A stretch of 64,000 bases of DNA, from the NCBI RefSeq assembly GCF_006345805.1, contig NC_043009.1, forward strand, positions 58,776,001-58,840,000, read 5' to 3'. Shown here piece after piece: positions 27,206-39,424 of the stretch. The notes below the pieces were generated by a model. The model searched no databases. It worked only from the letters and a program-made list of their open reading frames with translations, and was not told the origin of the DNA. Every line of letters starts with the position of its first letter. Position 1 is the first letter of the stretch. Made by a program: the position numbers and the translations under genes. This stretch comes from Octopus sinensis. Lineage: Eukaryota.

Positions 27206-28974
27206 CATCACCTTTCTTCCTATCTTCGACAACACTACTTACATAATGGTATTTGCTTATGAAACGTATAGCATACAATGCAGGCACCAAACAATATAGA
27301 AAATCTATAGAAATTGTGTGTGTACATATATAAATATATATATATATATAAACAGAACCTTTTAAAATGATAATAAACAATATATGTGTGTGTGTGTGTG
27401 CGTATGTGTGTGTATGTATATATATATATATATATATATACATATGTATGTGATATTGTCTGCAAAAATTTGAATTAGGACACACACAAAAAATCAATAT
27501 TCAAAGTAATTGAACTTACACAATGAAATGGATTATTTCCCTTAAGTGTTCAAAAAACAATATTGTAGAGGTGCTATGAATTATTTCCCTTGTGTGCTTA
27601 AAAAATAGTTATATGAGTTTAATATAAAGGTCCCTTCTAGGTAGCGTATAATCGATTTTTTTCAACAACCTAGCATATCACGAGGTTCTAATCACGTGTC
27701 AAGTTTCATCAAAATCAATAAAACGTTGTAGAATGAGTTAGTTAACAACGCCACAAACAAACACATACCGATTAGATTCGATCCTCGATTGCCAAATTTC
27801 ACTTAACACTTCGACGACTCACGGTAAAACAATAGTTTTCTGTGAAAGACATCAGTTACACATTTCACAGATGCCTTCGCTAAGCAGGATAATGTCTTTA
27901 CTTCTCGCCAACCTCCGACAACCTCTCTCGCCGACCTCCAACAATCTTCCTCGCCCACCTCCGAAAACCCCTCTCGCCAACCTCCAACAATCTCTCCCTC
28001 TTCCAGCTGGCAGTTTTTTGTACTTTTTCGTGACGGAAAATACACATTTTGTGGCAGTTATAACGAAATTGCTTTCTGATATCAGAGTAATAAAGTGTTT
28101 TAATAGAACATTTTACTCCCGGGAATTACCGGGTACACCAGCGATCCGTCCTTGTTTACTTTGTATCGTGCACCTGGATGTATGTTTGTTCCATTTTTGT
28201 ATGTATGTATGCATATATTTAGATATTATTTATATTATAATATGATCGAACACCATGCATCATTTTCCAAGTAAGTTTTATCGTAATAATTACGATATAC
28301 ACTCTTCTCCTTTACTCTCTCTTCTCTGTCTATCTCTCACCCTCTCTTTTTCTTCACTCTTTCTGGTTTTCTCTCCCACCCTTTCCTATTCCTCTCATCT
28401 CCCCTTCACCGTTCCCTCCCTCTCAATCCTCATCCACGACTCTCTCGCTGCGGACACGTGACGAGAGGGAATCCATCTTTCTGACTACTAGCTCCGCAAA
28501 GACTAAACGGGCTTATACTGTCTCTTCATAAGCTCGTCTCCTTAAATATTCAGAATAATTTTTCCATCATCTTGGCTTAACAACCCTCATCGTTTGTTTT
28601 TACTGTTTTGTTCTCACTGTCCTGTTCTTGTTGCCAATTTCACCCTCCTTACAAAAATCTCAAATTTCATTTAATTTGATTTGCAGGAAAGATTGTTTCA
28701 ATGAAGTCGCGTCTTGTCCTTGCCTTCGAACGTGGAGTAGTTGAACAGGGACAACTGAAGAAGAAGGAATATTCTTTATGCTGCATGTCTCGTTTCTCTG
28801 TTTTTTTCGTTGTCCCAAAAAAGTTCGTTTCTATGTTTTTGTTTTTATGTTTTCGTTTCTCATTGTGTTCAACGCCTTTTTGATGTCCTGTACCCATATA
28901 TGCATGTATATATACATATATATGTAGGTATGTAATATATGTATATTTATATATGTATATATCTATATATCATT

Positions 28975-29016
<42 letters not shown>

Positions 29017-29025
29017 ATATATATG

Positions 29026-29056
<31 letters not shown>

Positions 29057-29082
29057 TAATATATATATATAATATATATATA

Positions 29083-29116
<34 letters not shown>

Positions 29117-29331
29117 CTAACAATGATAAATCTCAGAGCGAGTTATAAACAGTAGCGGTAACACATCGTGACGCATATTTGCCATTTGAATATGGCTCAC
29201 CCATAAGGGTGGATGCTACTGTAGTTTGTAGCCCCAGGAAGATATCTCCTCCAGTTGGCTATAGACACACAACCTGTGTCCTCTCAGTATTTGTGAAGGG
29301 GAGTCATCCTCCCCGTCTTTAACACATGATA

Positions 29332-29376
29332 CACACGTACCCGAGTTTCAAGGTGTTTACCTTTCATCAGCGTGTG
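29332..29376 (-). ncRNA. Type I hammerhead ribozyme (antisense-arm copy)
   Basis: Exact reverse complement of 29565-29609. Confidence 0.85.
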
Positions 29377-29564
29377 ACAATCATGGTTGTCGACGAGAAA
29401 TCAGATCCCTTCACAAATACATATACTTGAAACAAATACATATAACTCGCTCTGAGATTTATCATTGCTTGATTTCACTTTTTCAATATCAGTGTCAATA
29501 GGACACTGGAAAAAGTATATGTATTTGTGAAGGGATCTGACTTCTCATCGACAACCATGATTGT

Positions 29565-29609
29565 CACACGCTGATGAAAGGTAAACACCTTGAAACTCGG
29601 GTACGTGTG
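29565..29609 (+). ncRNA. Type I hammerhead ribozyme, apparently intact
   Basis: cacacg CTGATGA aaggt-aaac-acctt GAAA ctcggg TA cgtgtg: 6-bp stem I, 5-bp stem II, near-palindromic stem III (ACUCGGGU) and a GUA cleavage triplet. Confidence 0.85.
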
Positions 29610-29769
29610 TATCATGTGTTGAAGACGGGGAGGATGACACCCCTTCACAAATACTGAGAGGACACAGGTTGTGTGTCTATAGCCAACTGGAGGAGATATC
29701 TTCCTGGGGCTACAAACTACAGTAGCATCCACCCTTATGGGTGAGCCATATTCAAATGGCAAATATGCG

Positions 29770-29816
<47 letters not shown>

Positions 29817-30244
29817 ATACACACACATATACATTCATATCTACATACATATATTCATATGTACATAATACATACATACAGACAGACAGACAGACACACA
29901 CAATCACACACATAAATATATTATATGCTATTTTATATTATATTGGGAGATTCCGTTGTGCAGGTGTGGCTAACGGGTGACAATGTTGCCTGCCACTATG
30001 GTTTCCGGCTCACTCTCACTGAGAAAATGTCTGCCACTATACCCTCGAACTGACAAAAAAACTTTGCGAGTAGATTTGGTTGATGGAAACTAAAAGACGC
30101 CCACACGGATGGGTGTGTTCGTCTGTACGCTTGTGTGTGAGTGTAAGTGTGTATGTGTCCGCTTGCAGTCCACCACCGCTTGATAATAGGTGTACGTGTG
30201 ACAACATAACTTAGCAATACGGCAAAAGTGTCCGTTAGAATATA

Positions 30245-30668
30245 TTGATTTTAAATTTGATTTTGATTTTTCCAGTTTCAGCTCATGAGCTGTGGCCATG
30301 CTGGAGCACCGCCATTTGGTTTGCTACATGATTTTACCTCACGGATGCTTTTTAGCAACTGCCATTTGGTGCATGAGGGAGTTCGATGCAGCTGCCCTCA
30401 TCTGCACCTCCTGCCGTGAAGTTGGTTCATCCGGGACACCTGACAGGAAGAGATCCAGTTTCATTTTAAAGACATCCGCATCTACACCATGCAGGTCCCT
30501 CAGGTTCTTCGGGAGGATATTGAAGAGCTGTGGGCCTCTGAAGCCCAGGCTATCACAGTATCTTGTCCTACATCTTGATGGCAAATTTGGAGTCCTTGGT
30601 ACCGCGCAGTGGTGCTCGGTTCTGGCATTTGTGTGACTCTCGATACCAAAGTGACTCTCGATGCCAAA
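30245..30668 (-). mobile_element. CR1 LINE 3' fragment
   Basis: Peptide SLGFRGPQLFNILPKNLRDLHGVD...DEPTSRQE...AAASNSL is homologous to ORF 47203-47901. The 3' UTR ends in (AAAATC)-type repeats. An 18-bp tandem duplication (FGIESH x2) marks the 5' edge. Confidence 0.9.
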
Positions 30669-30816
30669 TATATTATACCGGGTTTTCAAATACAAGTACA
30701 GCGAATGATTCGCTACACTGAAAATTTTCAAGGCGATGCCCCAGACTGGCCGCTGTCTAATGATTGAAGCGAGAAGAAAATAAAAGATGAATATAACTGT
30801 AATGGGTTAAATATAT

Positions 30817-30990
30817 CGCAGGAGTGGCTGTATCATAAGTAGCTTGCTTGCTAACCATATGGTTCCAGATTCTGTTCCACTGTGTATCACCTTGGACAAG
30901 TGTCTTCTATTATAGTCACGGGCCAAAAAAAGGCCTTGTGAGTGGATTTGGTAGACGGAACTGAAAGAAGTCCTTCGTATTTATGTATAT

Positions 30991-31054
<64 letters not shown>

Positions 31055-31625
31055 TTTTTCCTAAAATATATATTCTATATTCTACATATATATCTTTTTT
31101 TACTACCCACAAGGGGCTAAACACAGAGGGAACAAACGAAGATAAACAAACGGATTAAGTCGATTACATCGACCCCAGTGCGTAACTGGTACTTAATTTA
31201 TCGATCCCGAAAGAATGAAAGGCAAAGTCGACCTCGGCGGAATTTGAACCCAGAACGTAACGGCAGACGAAATACGGCTACGCATTTCGCCCGGCGTGCT
31301 AACGTTTCTGCTAGCTCGCCGCTGTTTGTGTGTGTGTGTGTGTGTGTGGTGTGTGTGTGTGTGTTTGTGTATGTGTTTGTGGGTGAGTGTATGTCTGTTT
31401 TTGTGTCTGTGTTTTTGTCCCCCCTGCATCGCTCGACAAACGATTTTGGTGTGTTTACGTTCTCATAATCTAGTGGTTCGGCAAAGACACCGATAGAATA
31501 AGTACTACGATTACAAAGAATAAGTCCTGGGGTAGATTTCTTAGACTAAAGGCGGTGCTCCAAAATGGCCGAAGTCAAATGACTGAAACAAATAAAAGAA
31601 TAAAAGAATAAAAGAATAAAAGAAT
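30817..31625 (+). mobile_element. SINE family B interrupted by a family C insertion
   Basis: B head 30817-30980, (TA)n, inverted C copy 31093-31322, B 3' half 31323-31625 ending in (ataaaaga)4. Confidence 0.8.
31093..31322 (-). mobile_element. SINE family C monomer (nested)
   Basis: Full reverse-complement match to 55738-55970. Confidence 0.9.
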
Positions 31626-31846
31626 ATTTATTTCCACGTATTGAAATCATAGTTATATTAAGTATCATGCTGACCATTTGTCGTAGTCTGGTTCCTAATG
31701 TTATATACGAGGGGTGTATGAAAAGTGATGAGCCTTTGGGCCTTAAAGTCTTGTACCTTCATTTTAAAGTCTTTTACCGCGTTTTATTTTTTGAGACTCA
31801 AGATTTCCATACGCACAAAACCACAAAGTGCGACGAGCTGGCGAAA

Positions 31847-32440
31847 GCGGCGAGCTGGCAGAAACGTTAGGACACCGGACGAAATGCTTAGCAGTATTTC
31901 GTCTGCCGCTACGTTCTGAGTTCAAATTCCACCGAGGTCGAATTTGCCTTTCATCCTTTCGGGGTCGATTAACTAAGTACCAGTTACACACTGGGGTCGA
32001 TATATTATCGACTTAATCCGTTTGTCTGTCTTGTTTGTCCTTTCTGTGTTTAGCCCCTTGTGGGTAGTAAAGAAATAGGTAATTCGTCTGCTGTTACGTT
32101 CTGAGTTCAAATTCCGCCGAGGTCGACTTTGCCTTTCATCCTTTCGGCGTCGATTAAATAAGAACCAGTTACGCATTGGGGTCGATATAATCGACTTACT
32201 CCGTTTGTCTTTCCTTGTTTGTCCTCTCTGTGTTTAGCCCCTTGTGGGCAGTAAAGAAATAGGTATTTCGTCTGCTGTTACGTTCTGAGTTCAAACTCCG
32301 CCGAGGTCGACTTTGCTTTTTGTCCCTTCGGGGTCGATTAAATAAGTGCCAGTTACACACTGGGGTCGATATAATCGACTTACTCCCTTTTTCCTTGCTT
32401 GTCCACTCTATGTTTAGCCTCTTGTGGGCAATAAAAAATA
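31847..32440 (+). mobile_element. SINE family C head-to-tail trimer
   Basis: One full head plus units restarting at about 32079 and 32263 (period 184-185 bp). Confidence 0.9.
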
Positions 32441-33494
32441 AATATTTGAACCACAAATTAAATAACCCGATATCGAATATAGAAATAACTCATCTTCATC
32501 TAATACTACATCCTCTTTAATATATTAAAATTAATTTCTAAATCAATTAATATTTTCACTATCAACGCATAATTTATCTTATTTTTACTCCACACCATAC
32601 AACCGTTTTGTAATATTTTTGATATAAACACTAATTTCACATTCATCAGCATAACCCGAAGCTAAACCAAACTCTTCATTTATTGTAATAAAATTTACTT
32701 TAGCAAGTGACTTTATTTTCATATTCAGCTCTTATATCAAACTTAGCTTTTCTATCGATTTTTCACTCATCATTTTTATAGTTTTTATCTCTGTATTCAT
32801 TGACTTTATTAGAGTCGTTATATTTTTTTCTCCCTTATTATCCCATAATATTTACTGCTATAACGTTTACATTTCATATACATAACTATTTCAGACAGGT
32901 TAAATGATAAAATATGCTTCCTGTTTGCAAGGCGTTCAGTTGATAGACTGTATGCACGCCCGGCACAATTAATTGCGGTTTTTCGTCTGTTTTTATCTTC
33001 TAAGTTCCAACGCAGTCGAGGGTGGCTTTGCCTTTCATCCCGCTCAGCGATCAATTAAAACAAGTAACGGTAGAGCAGGATGGAATCCACATCTCCTCTT
33101 ATCGGATAGTACTGGCTTTATGCCAAAATCATTCTTGTTTCTGTATCTCTCGCGTTTTGCCCTCTTATTCTGCTTTTTCCTAGAAAATAATTTAGCCGGC
33201 GAATAAGGAGGATAATTAAATTATCGAATAGAATTGTTAATGCTGTTTCTTGTTCTTTGTCGTCTGACTTCAAATCTCACCGGTCTCTAGTCTATTTGGT
33301 ATTGCCAGCTCAATAAATAATGAAATATTCCACTTCTAGGGCCAGCACTTTTGTCTGCCTCTCTTGTTACTACCCCTCCCCCTCTCTCTCTCTCTCTCTT
33401 GCTCTCTCTTTCGCGGGAATATACGTTCGATTAGGATTCACCATTATGTTAATGATATCTTCCTCTTCATCTGGCCTAAAGATAACATTTAGGG

Positions 33495-33895
33495 CAGTGA
33501 GCTGGGAGAATGGTTAGCACGCTGGACGAAATACTTAGCGGTATTTCGTCTGCAGCTACGTTCTGAGTTCAAATTCTGCCTTTCGTCTTTTGGGGTCGAT
33601 TAAATAAGTACCAGTTACGCTCTGGGGTAGATATAATCGACTTAATCCGTTTGTCTGTCCTTGTTTTTCCTCGCTGTGTTTAGCTCCTTGTGGGTAGTAA
33701 AGAAATAGAAATAGGTATTTCGTCTGCTGTTACGTTCTGAGTTCAAATTCCGCCGAGGTCGAATTTGCCTTTCATGTTTTCTGTGTCGATTAAATAACTA
33801 CCAGTTATGCAATGGGGTCGATGTAATCGACTTAATCCCTTTGTCTTTCCTTGTTTGTCCTCTCTGTGTTTAGTACCCCTATGCGCAATAAAGAA
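33495..33895 (+). mobile_element. SINE family C dimer
   Basis: Same junction (agaaataggtatttcgtctg) at about 33715. Confidence 0.85.
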
Positions 33896-34984
33896 ACAGA
33901 CATTAATGGCACACGTTTTTGTAGAATACACAGCAGAATGCTCGTTAATATCTCGAGTGGAAAATAAGATCGAATTCGATGATGAAGGTTCCACACTCAA
34001 AATATAAAACTATGAGTCACCATCGCATAAGATTTAACAGAAAGTGTGTTTTGCAATCTTAAAACTTATGCAAATGGCTTTTGATATGTTGTATTTCACA
34101 CTTATAACGTTTTTCGCCCACTCTATTCTATCATTCAAAAATATTTTATTATATTCTATTATTCTGAAAATAATCAGCAGATATTATTAGTCTTCTCAAT
34201 ATTTACAACTAAAAATATTAAAAATTCTTTCTCAGAATGTATTGAAATTATATCCCCTTTGTTTCTTCATAATACACAAGAGGGAGCCGACGACTTCGTA
34301 TTCATTTTCAAAACATTTATCCGTTAAAACGAATATTTTCTAATATCTACAAAACAAATGTTCTATTTTACTGAAATATCAAGTGTAAGATTAATTACTT
34401 GTCTGTTTTTCTAATTTGAACCTTTTCTAATTTCTTTTAATCCTCGAAATGATTATTTTAATTTACAAATGAATATAATTATTTCTATAATATTTGCTTT
34501 CTATTTAGTTTTATATTTTACACATTCTCATCAATTCCAGCAACAATGAAGTGAACGCAAAAACTATTCTATGATTGTTTTAAAAATTTATTGTATTTTA
34601 AATATATTTATTCACACCTAAATCATAGATAATTTTTTTATTATTTTAAAGATATATCATCACATTTTAATGAAAGCAGTAAGTTATTGCCTCTTATAAA
34701 TAATCTATCGGAAAAAATATATTTCAACGTTATATTTATTTGTTTGTCTAGAATTTATGTTAAATTCTATGAAATAAAATATGATTTTAAAACGGCTGTT
34801 ATAACAATGAACTGATTATATAATTAATTAAAATATGAAAATCAACTAGATTAAAATCAATTAACATAACGAGATAAATTATTTCACCAATATGATGTTT
34901 AATATGTCATCAAGTTGTAATAGCCTAATACAATCAGAGTATGGTAATATATATATTTTATATTTACAAAAGAATATTATTGGC

Positions 34985-35200
34985 AGTGACTTCGACGTTT
35001 CGGCTAGTTAAGCCATTGTCAGACAGCAATACACTAAAGTTAATCTTGGCTTTACATATAATCTCTGTTGAGTGAAAATCGTCTTTGGATATATGGATTT
35101 GAGTGGATAGATCATAAGGTTGTAATGTGGTTTGTCATTGCACGGTGTTTCAAAGCAATTTTGATTTAGTAAATCTGACCGTGAGAAGGTCAAATATTTT
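34985..35200 (-). mobile_element. Possible Penelope-like 3' remnant with a mutated hammerhead
   Basis: Reverse complement contains ctgacaa t ggct-taact-agcc GAAA cg TC (core G8 changed to A). The upstream peptide only loosely resembles a PLE C-terminus. Confidence 0.35.
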
Positions 35201-35512
35201 TTTTTTAAAGTGACCAGCTAAAACATGACATCTACGTAGATTCTTAAATGTAAAGCATTTCATTACGAAAACGTTGACATGCTTCATTCCTGAGTTCAAA
35301 TTCCGCCGAGATCGAATTCGCCTTTCATTCGTACCCTATTGCTCTCTGAAAGGAATAGGGTACGAGGTAAGCGACTGTGCCCCCATCCCCGAAATTTGAT
35401 AATATCAGAACTGAACACAAGAACACACGCGCGCTCACAGTCACACAAACACACACACGCACACACGCACACACGCACACACACACACACACGCACACAC
35501 ACACACACACAC

Positions 35513-35558
<46 letters not shown>

Positions 35559-35855
35559 AAAATACGGACACGCGTTTTTGTATGTAGGTTTCACATATGC
35601 GTGTATTCATGCCCCATGTACATTCACATAAACATGCATATTTTTATATGTACAAAGACACAAATTTACACTGTTGAGTGTGTCTGCACGTTGAACGTTT
35701 TGAATTTGAAGTTTGAAGAGGACCAAATTTCGTCATGGAACTTTGATGACAATTCTTCACCCGTTCGCGAGAATCTGCTTAAGTTGCCATCCATGCTCCC
35801 AGTATGGAGGATCTGACGATCGTATTTCTTGTACGACACACGGATTTTGTGTGTA

Positions 35856-35917
<62 letters not shown>

Positions 35918-36093
35918 AATATATATACATACAGTTAGATAGATAGGCAGATAGATAGATAGAGAGATAGAGAGATAGATATATAGATAGATAAATAGAT
36001 AGATTGATTGATAGATTGATATATGGTGGTTGTCTAACTAATCCTTCAGCAGAATGTGACCATCTTTCTCTCTCACACACACACATATACACA

Positions 36094-36148
<55 letters not shown>

Positions 36149-36564
36149 TAAAATATATGTGTGTGCAAGTGTGTATACATATGTATTTTTAGAGAAAATA
36201 AAGAAAGGAACTCTCGAACTCAGGGTGGCTGACTGTGAAGAAACCTTTTTAAGCCGTAAAATGTAGTCAGCAGGCCTCTACAATAAATCGAACTCTGTAA
36301 CTCCCTAATTTCGTCTGAGCGCTTTATACCTTTTTTTTTTTTACCCCCAAATGCTCCCACATTACGAAACATTATTTAGCATTATAGAAAAACAGTTTCT
36401 GTTGTCAGGAGTCTTTTAGCTTAATGGTAAACTGGCGCTTCTGCGAAATGTGAGAAGAACGAGCATCGAATATACGTAGCCACCTGCTGGCCAATTTCTT
36501 CCATCTTCTAACATGTCTTCGCAGTCATCGTATGTGCGAGAATTCCTGTAGATACTGTCGAATA

Positions 36565-36796
36565 CCTATTTCTTTATTACCTACAAGGGGCTAAACACAG
36601 AGAGGACAAACAAGGACAGACAAACGGATTAAGTCGATTACATCGACCCCAGTGCATAACTGGTACTTAACTTATCGACCCCGAAAGGATGAAAGGCAAA
36701 GTCGACCTCGGCGGAATTTGAACTCACAACGTAACGACAGACGAATTACGGCTACGCACTTCGCCTGGCGTGCTAACGCTTCTGCCAGCTCGCCGC
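36565..36796 (-). mobile_element. SINE family C monomer
   Basis: Full-length reverse-complement match that ends at the aaagaaataggtat junction. Confidence 0.9.
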
Positions 36797-37280
36797 CTTC
36801 TACCAGCTCGCCTATACTGTCGAATACCGACTCGATGCTTATAATGTTGTTAAAAAAATGTTCTCATATATCTGTGGGTGTGTATTCATGGTATTATAAT
36901 ATATGCCCTTATGTATATAGATATATATAGATCATATAGATAGATAGGCAGATAGAGACATAGATAAGAACATGCCACTGTCTATATCATTGTTAGACGA
37001 TATGCGATTATCCGACTCAGTCATATATTAAAGAGAAACGTATCTGTAAATGCTTATGTATAAATTTGTAGCGGTGCATATCTGCACATATTTCTCTATA
37101 CATGCAGATATCTATGGATATCTGCATTAATATAAGAACAAGCTTTTATTCAGACATACCTATATATATAATTAAATTCAATTTTCACAAATACAGATGC
37201 ACAACTCTCTCTCTCTCTCTCCTCTCTCTCTCTCACTCTCCTCTCTCTCTTTCTCTCTCTCTCACATACGCACACACACA

Positions 37281-37740
37281 AACAACCGAAAATATATGCA
37301 TGTCGTATGCGTGCATACATACTTGTATACCCTTTCAGAAACACATATATTTCACAAACTATACACACACACACACCTGTATTCACACACACACCTATTT
37401 ATTCACACGCAGAAAAACAACCGAAAATATATGCATGTTGTATGCGTGCATACATACCTTTATACCCATTCAGAAACGCATATATTTCACACACTATATA
37501 TACACACACACCTGTACTCACACACACACATATACACACACTGAGATTTTCTGAGATTTTACAAAAACAACAAAAATATTTTTTAATTTTTTTATTCACA
37601 CACACACACCTATTTATTCACACACAAAAAAACAACCGAAAATATATGCATGCCGTATACGCGTATACGTATTTGTATACACATTCAGAAACGCATATAT
37701 CTTACATATCATACACACACACACACACACTCACACACAC
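37281..37740. repeat. Three copies of a ~135-bp unit
   Basis: aacaaccgaaaatatatgcatg...ttcagaaac recurs at 37281, 37416 and 37631. Confidence 0.85.
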
Positions 37741-37961
37741 ACACTCTCTCTCTCTCTCTCTCTCTCGTACACACACAAATACATATATACATGCATACAC
37801 TTGCATATATGTATATGTATGTGCGAATATATATATATTATATATACATATATATTCATATAGATATATATATACATATATATTCATATATATATATTAT
37901 ATATATATATAATATATATATATATAGATATATATATATATATATATACATATATATATGC

Positions 37962-38002
<41 letters not shown>

Positions 38003-38027
38003 TATATATATATATAATATATATATA

Positions 38028-38066
<39 letters not shown>

Positions 38067-38323
38067 GATACATTGTAGATACGTGTATATAAATACATAC
38101 ATATTTGCATGTATGTACGTGAGCTATCTTGAAAGTATATTACTAGTAGTTGATCGAAGTCGGCTGTGAGATCCGATTCAAGGAATCTTCTCGAAAATTG
38201 TAAATTTATCAATAATTACACCGACAATTCCCCAGACGCTTAGAAACACGGCGACTTAAATTAATACATTTCCGAGTCCTATTTCTTACCGTAGAAACTG
38301 ATGATCTACTACTACTACTACTG

Positions 38324-38364
<41 letters not shown>

Positions 38365-38622
38365 GCTGCTGCTGCTACTGCTACTGCCACTGCTGTTGCT
38401 GCTGCTGTTCTACTGGTGTTGTTATTGTTACTGTTGTCATCATCACCATCATCATTATCATTACTGCTATCATCATCATCATCGTCATAATGAAAGTAAT
38501 ACTAATAAAATTTATTATTATTATCATTATTATTATTATTATTATCATTATTATTATTATTATTACTATTATTATTAGTATTATTATTATTATTACTATT
38601 ATTATTAGTATTATTATTATTA

Positions 38623-38659
<37 letters not shown>

Positions 38660-39424
38660 ATAGAAGCGCTAGATTAAATGCCTTTGAGTAGTATTTTATT
38701 TCATTTCACACAAGGCAGACATCTCACGACCGGCTTTGTTCAACTTTTATGAACACAGATCTCAAAAGCATGCTACAAAGATGTCACTTCTATCCACACA
38801 CACACACATACACAATTTAAATTGACACTTATCAAGAAAACACTTCTTACTATACTATATCTTCTCTGCTTTAGTCATGAACGACACACAAGGGAGCTTA
38901 CTCATTGCCACTCAGCACGCTTGCAATATCAACCAAATCTTTCTCAAAATTCCTACTATACAACAATGATACACAAGGGAGTTTAACTCGGCCGCCATTA
39001 GAGCTGTTCGAAATGACAGCCAAATATCTCTCAATCTTTAAACCTCCCCAGGTAACACTTTGAAAAAACTACTTTCAATTTGGGTTATAAATATTGTAGA
39101 CACTATTTCATGTTTTTTCGAGAAGATGACCAGTTGTTCTTGTCTTAAATTATTTTCATATATGTATATATCTACCAGATGATGGTGGTTTAAAGGTTAA
39201 TCCAGAACAAAAAGAATTATGATTTACAAAATTTCTACACGTAGCGGGACATAGAATCAATGATGGTTGTTCATAGTGTTCACACATCTATAGTGTTATG
39301 TCAGTTACGTCCTGGAATTATTGGGAATACTTCAGAACAGTAAATATTTTCTTAGTGGACAAGTTAACGCACTTTTTCAGAGTGATGATGATGATAATAA
39401 TAATAATAATCAAATTTCCGCAAG

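Larger units (their letters stand above)
29121..29773. repeat. Interleaved inverted duplication A-B-A'-B'
   Basis: A 29121-29147 and A' 29441-29467 are 27/27 reverse-complementary. B 29168-29428 and B' 29513-29773 are 261 bp with 4 mismatches counted by eye. Confidence 0.95.

Noticed and set aside
31847-32440. Regularly spaced repeats as a CRISPR-like array
   Set aside because: The units are contiguous SINE copies without unique spacers, in a eukaryotic context.
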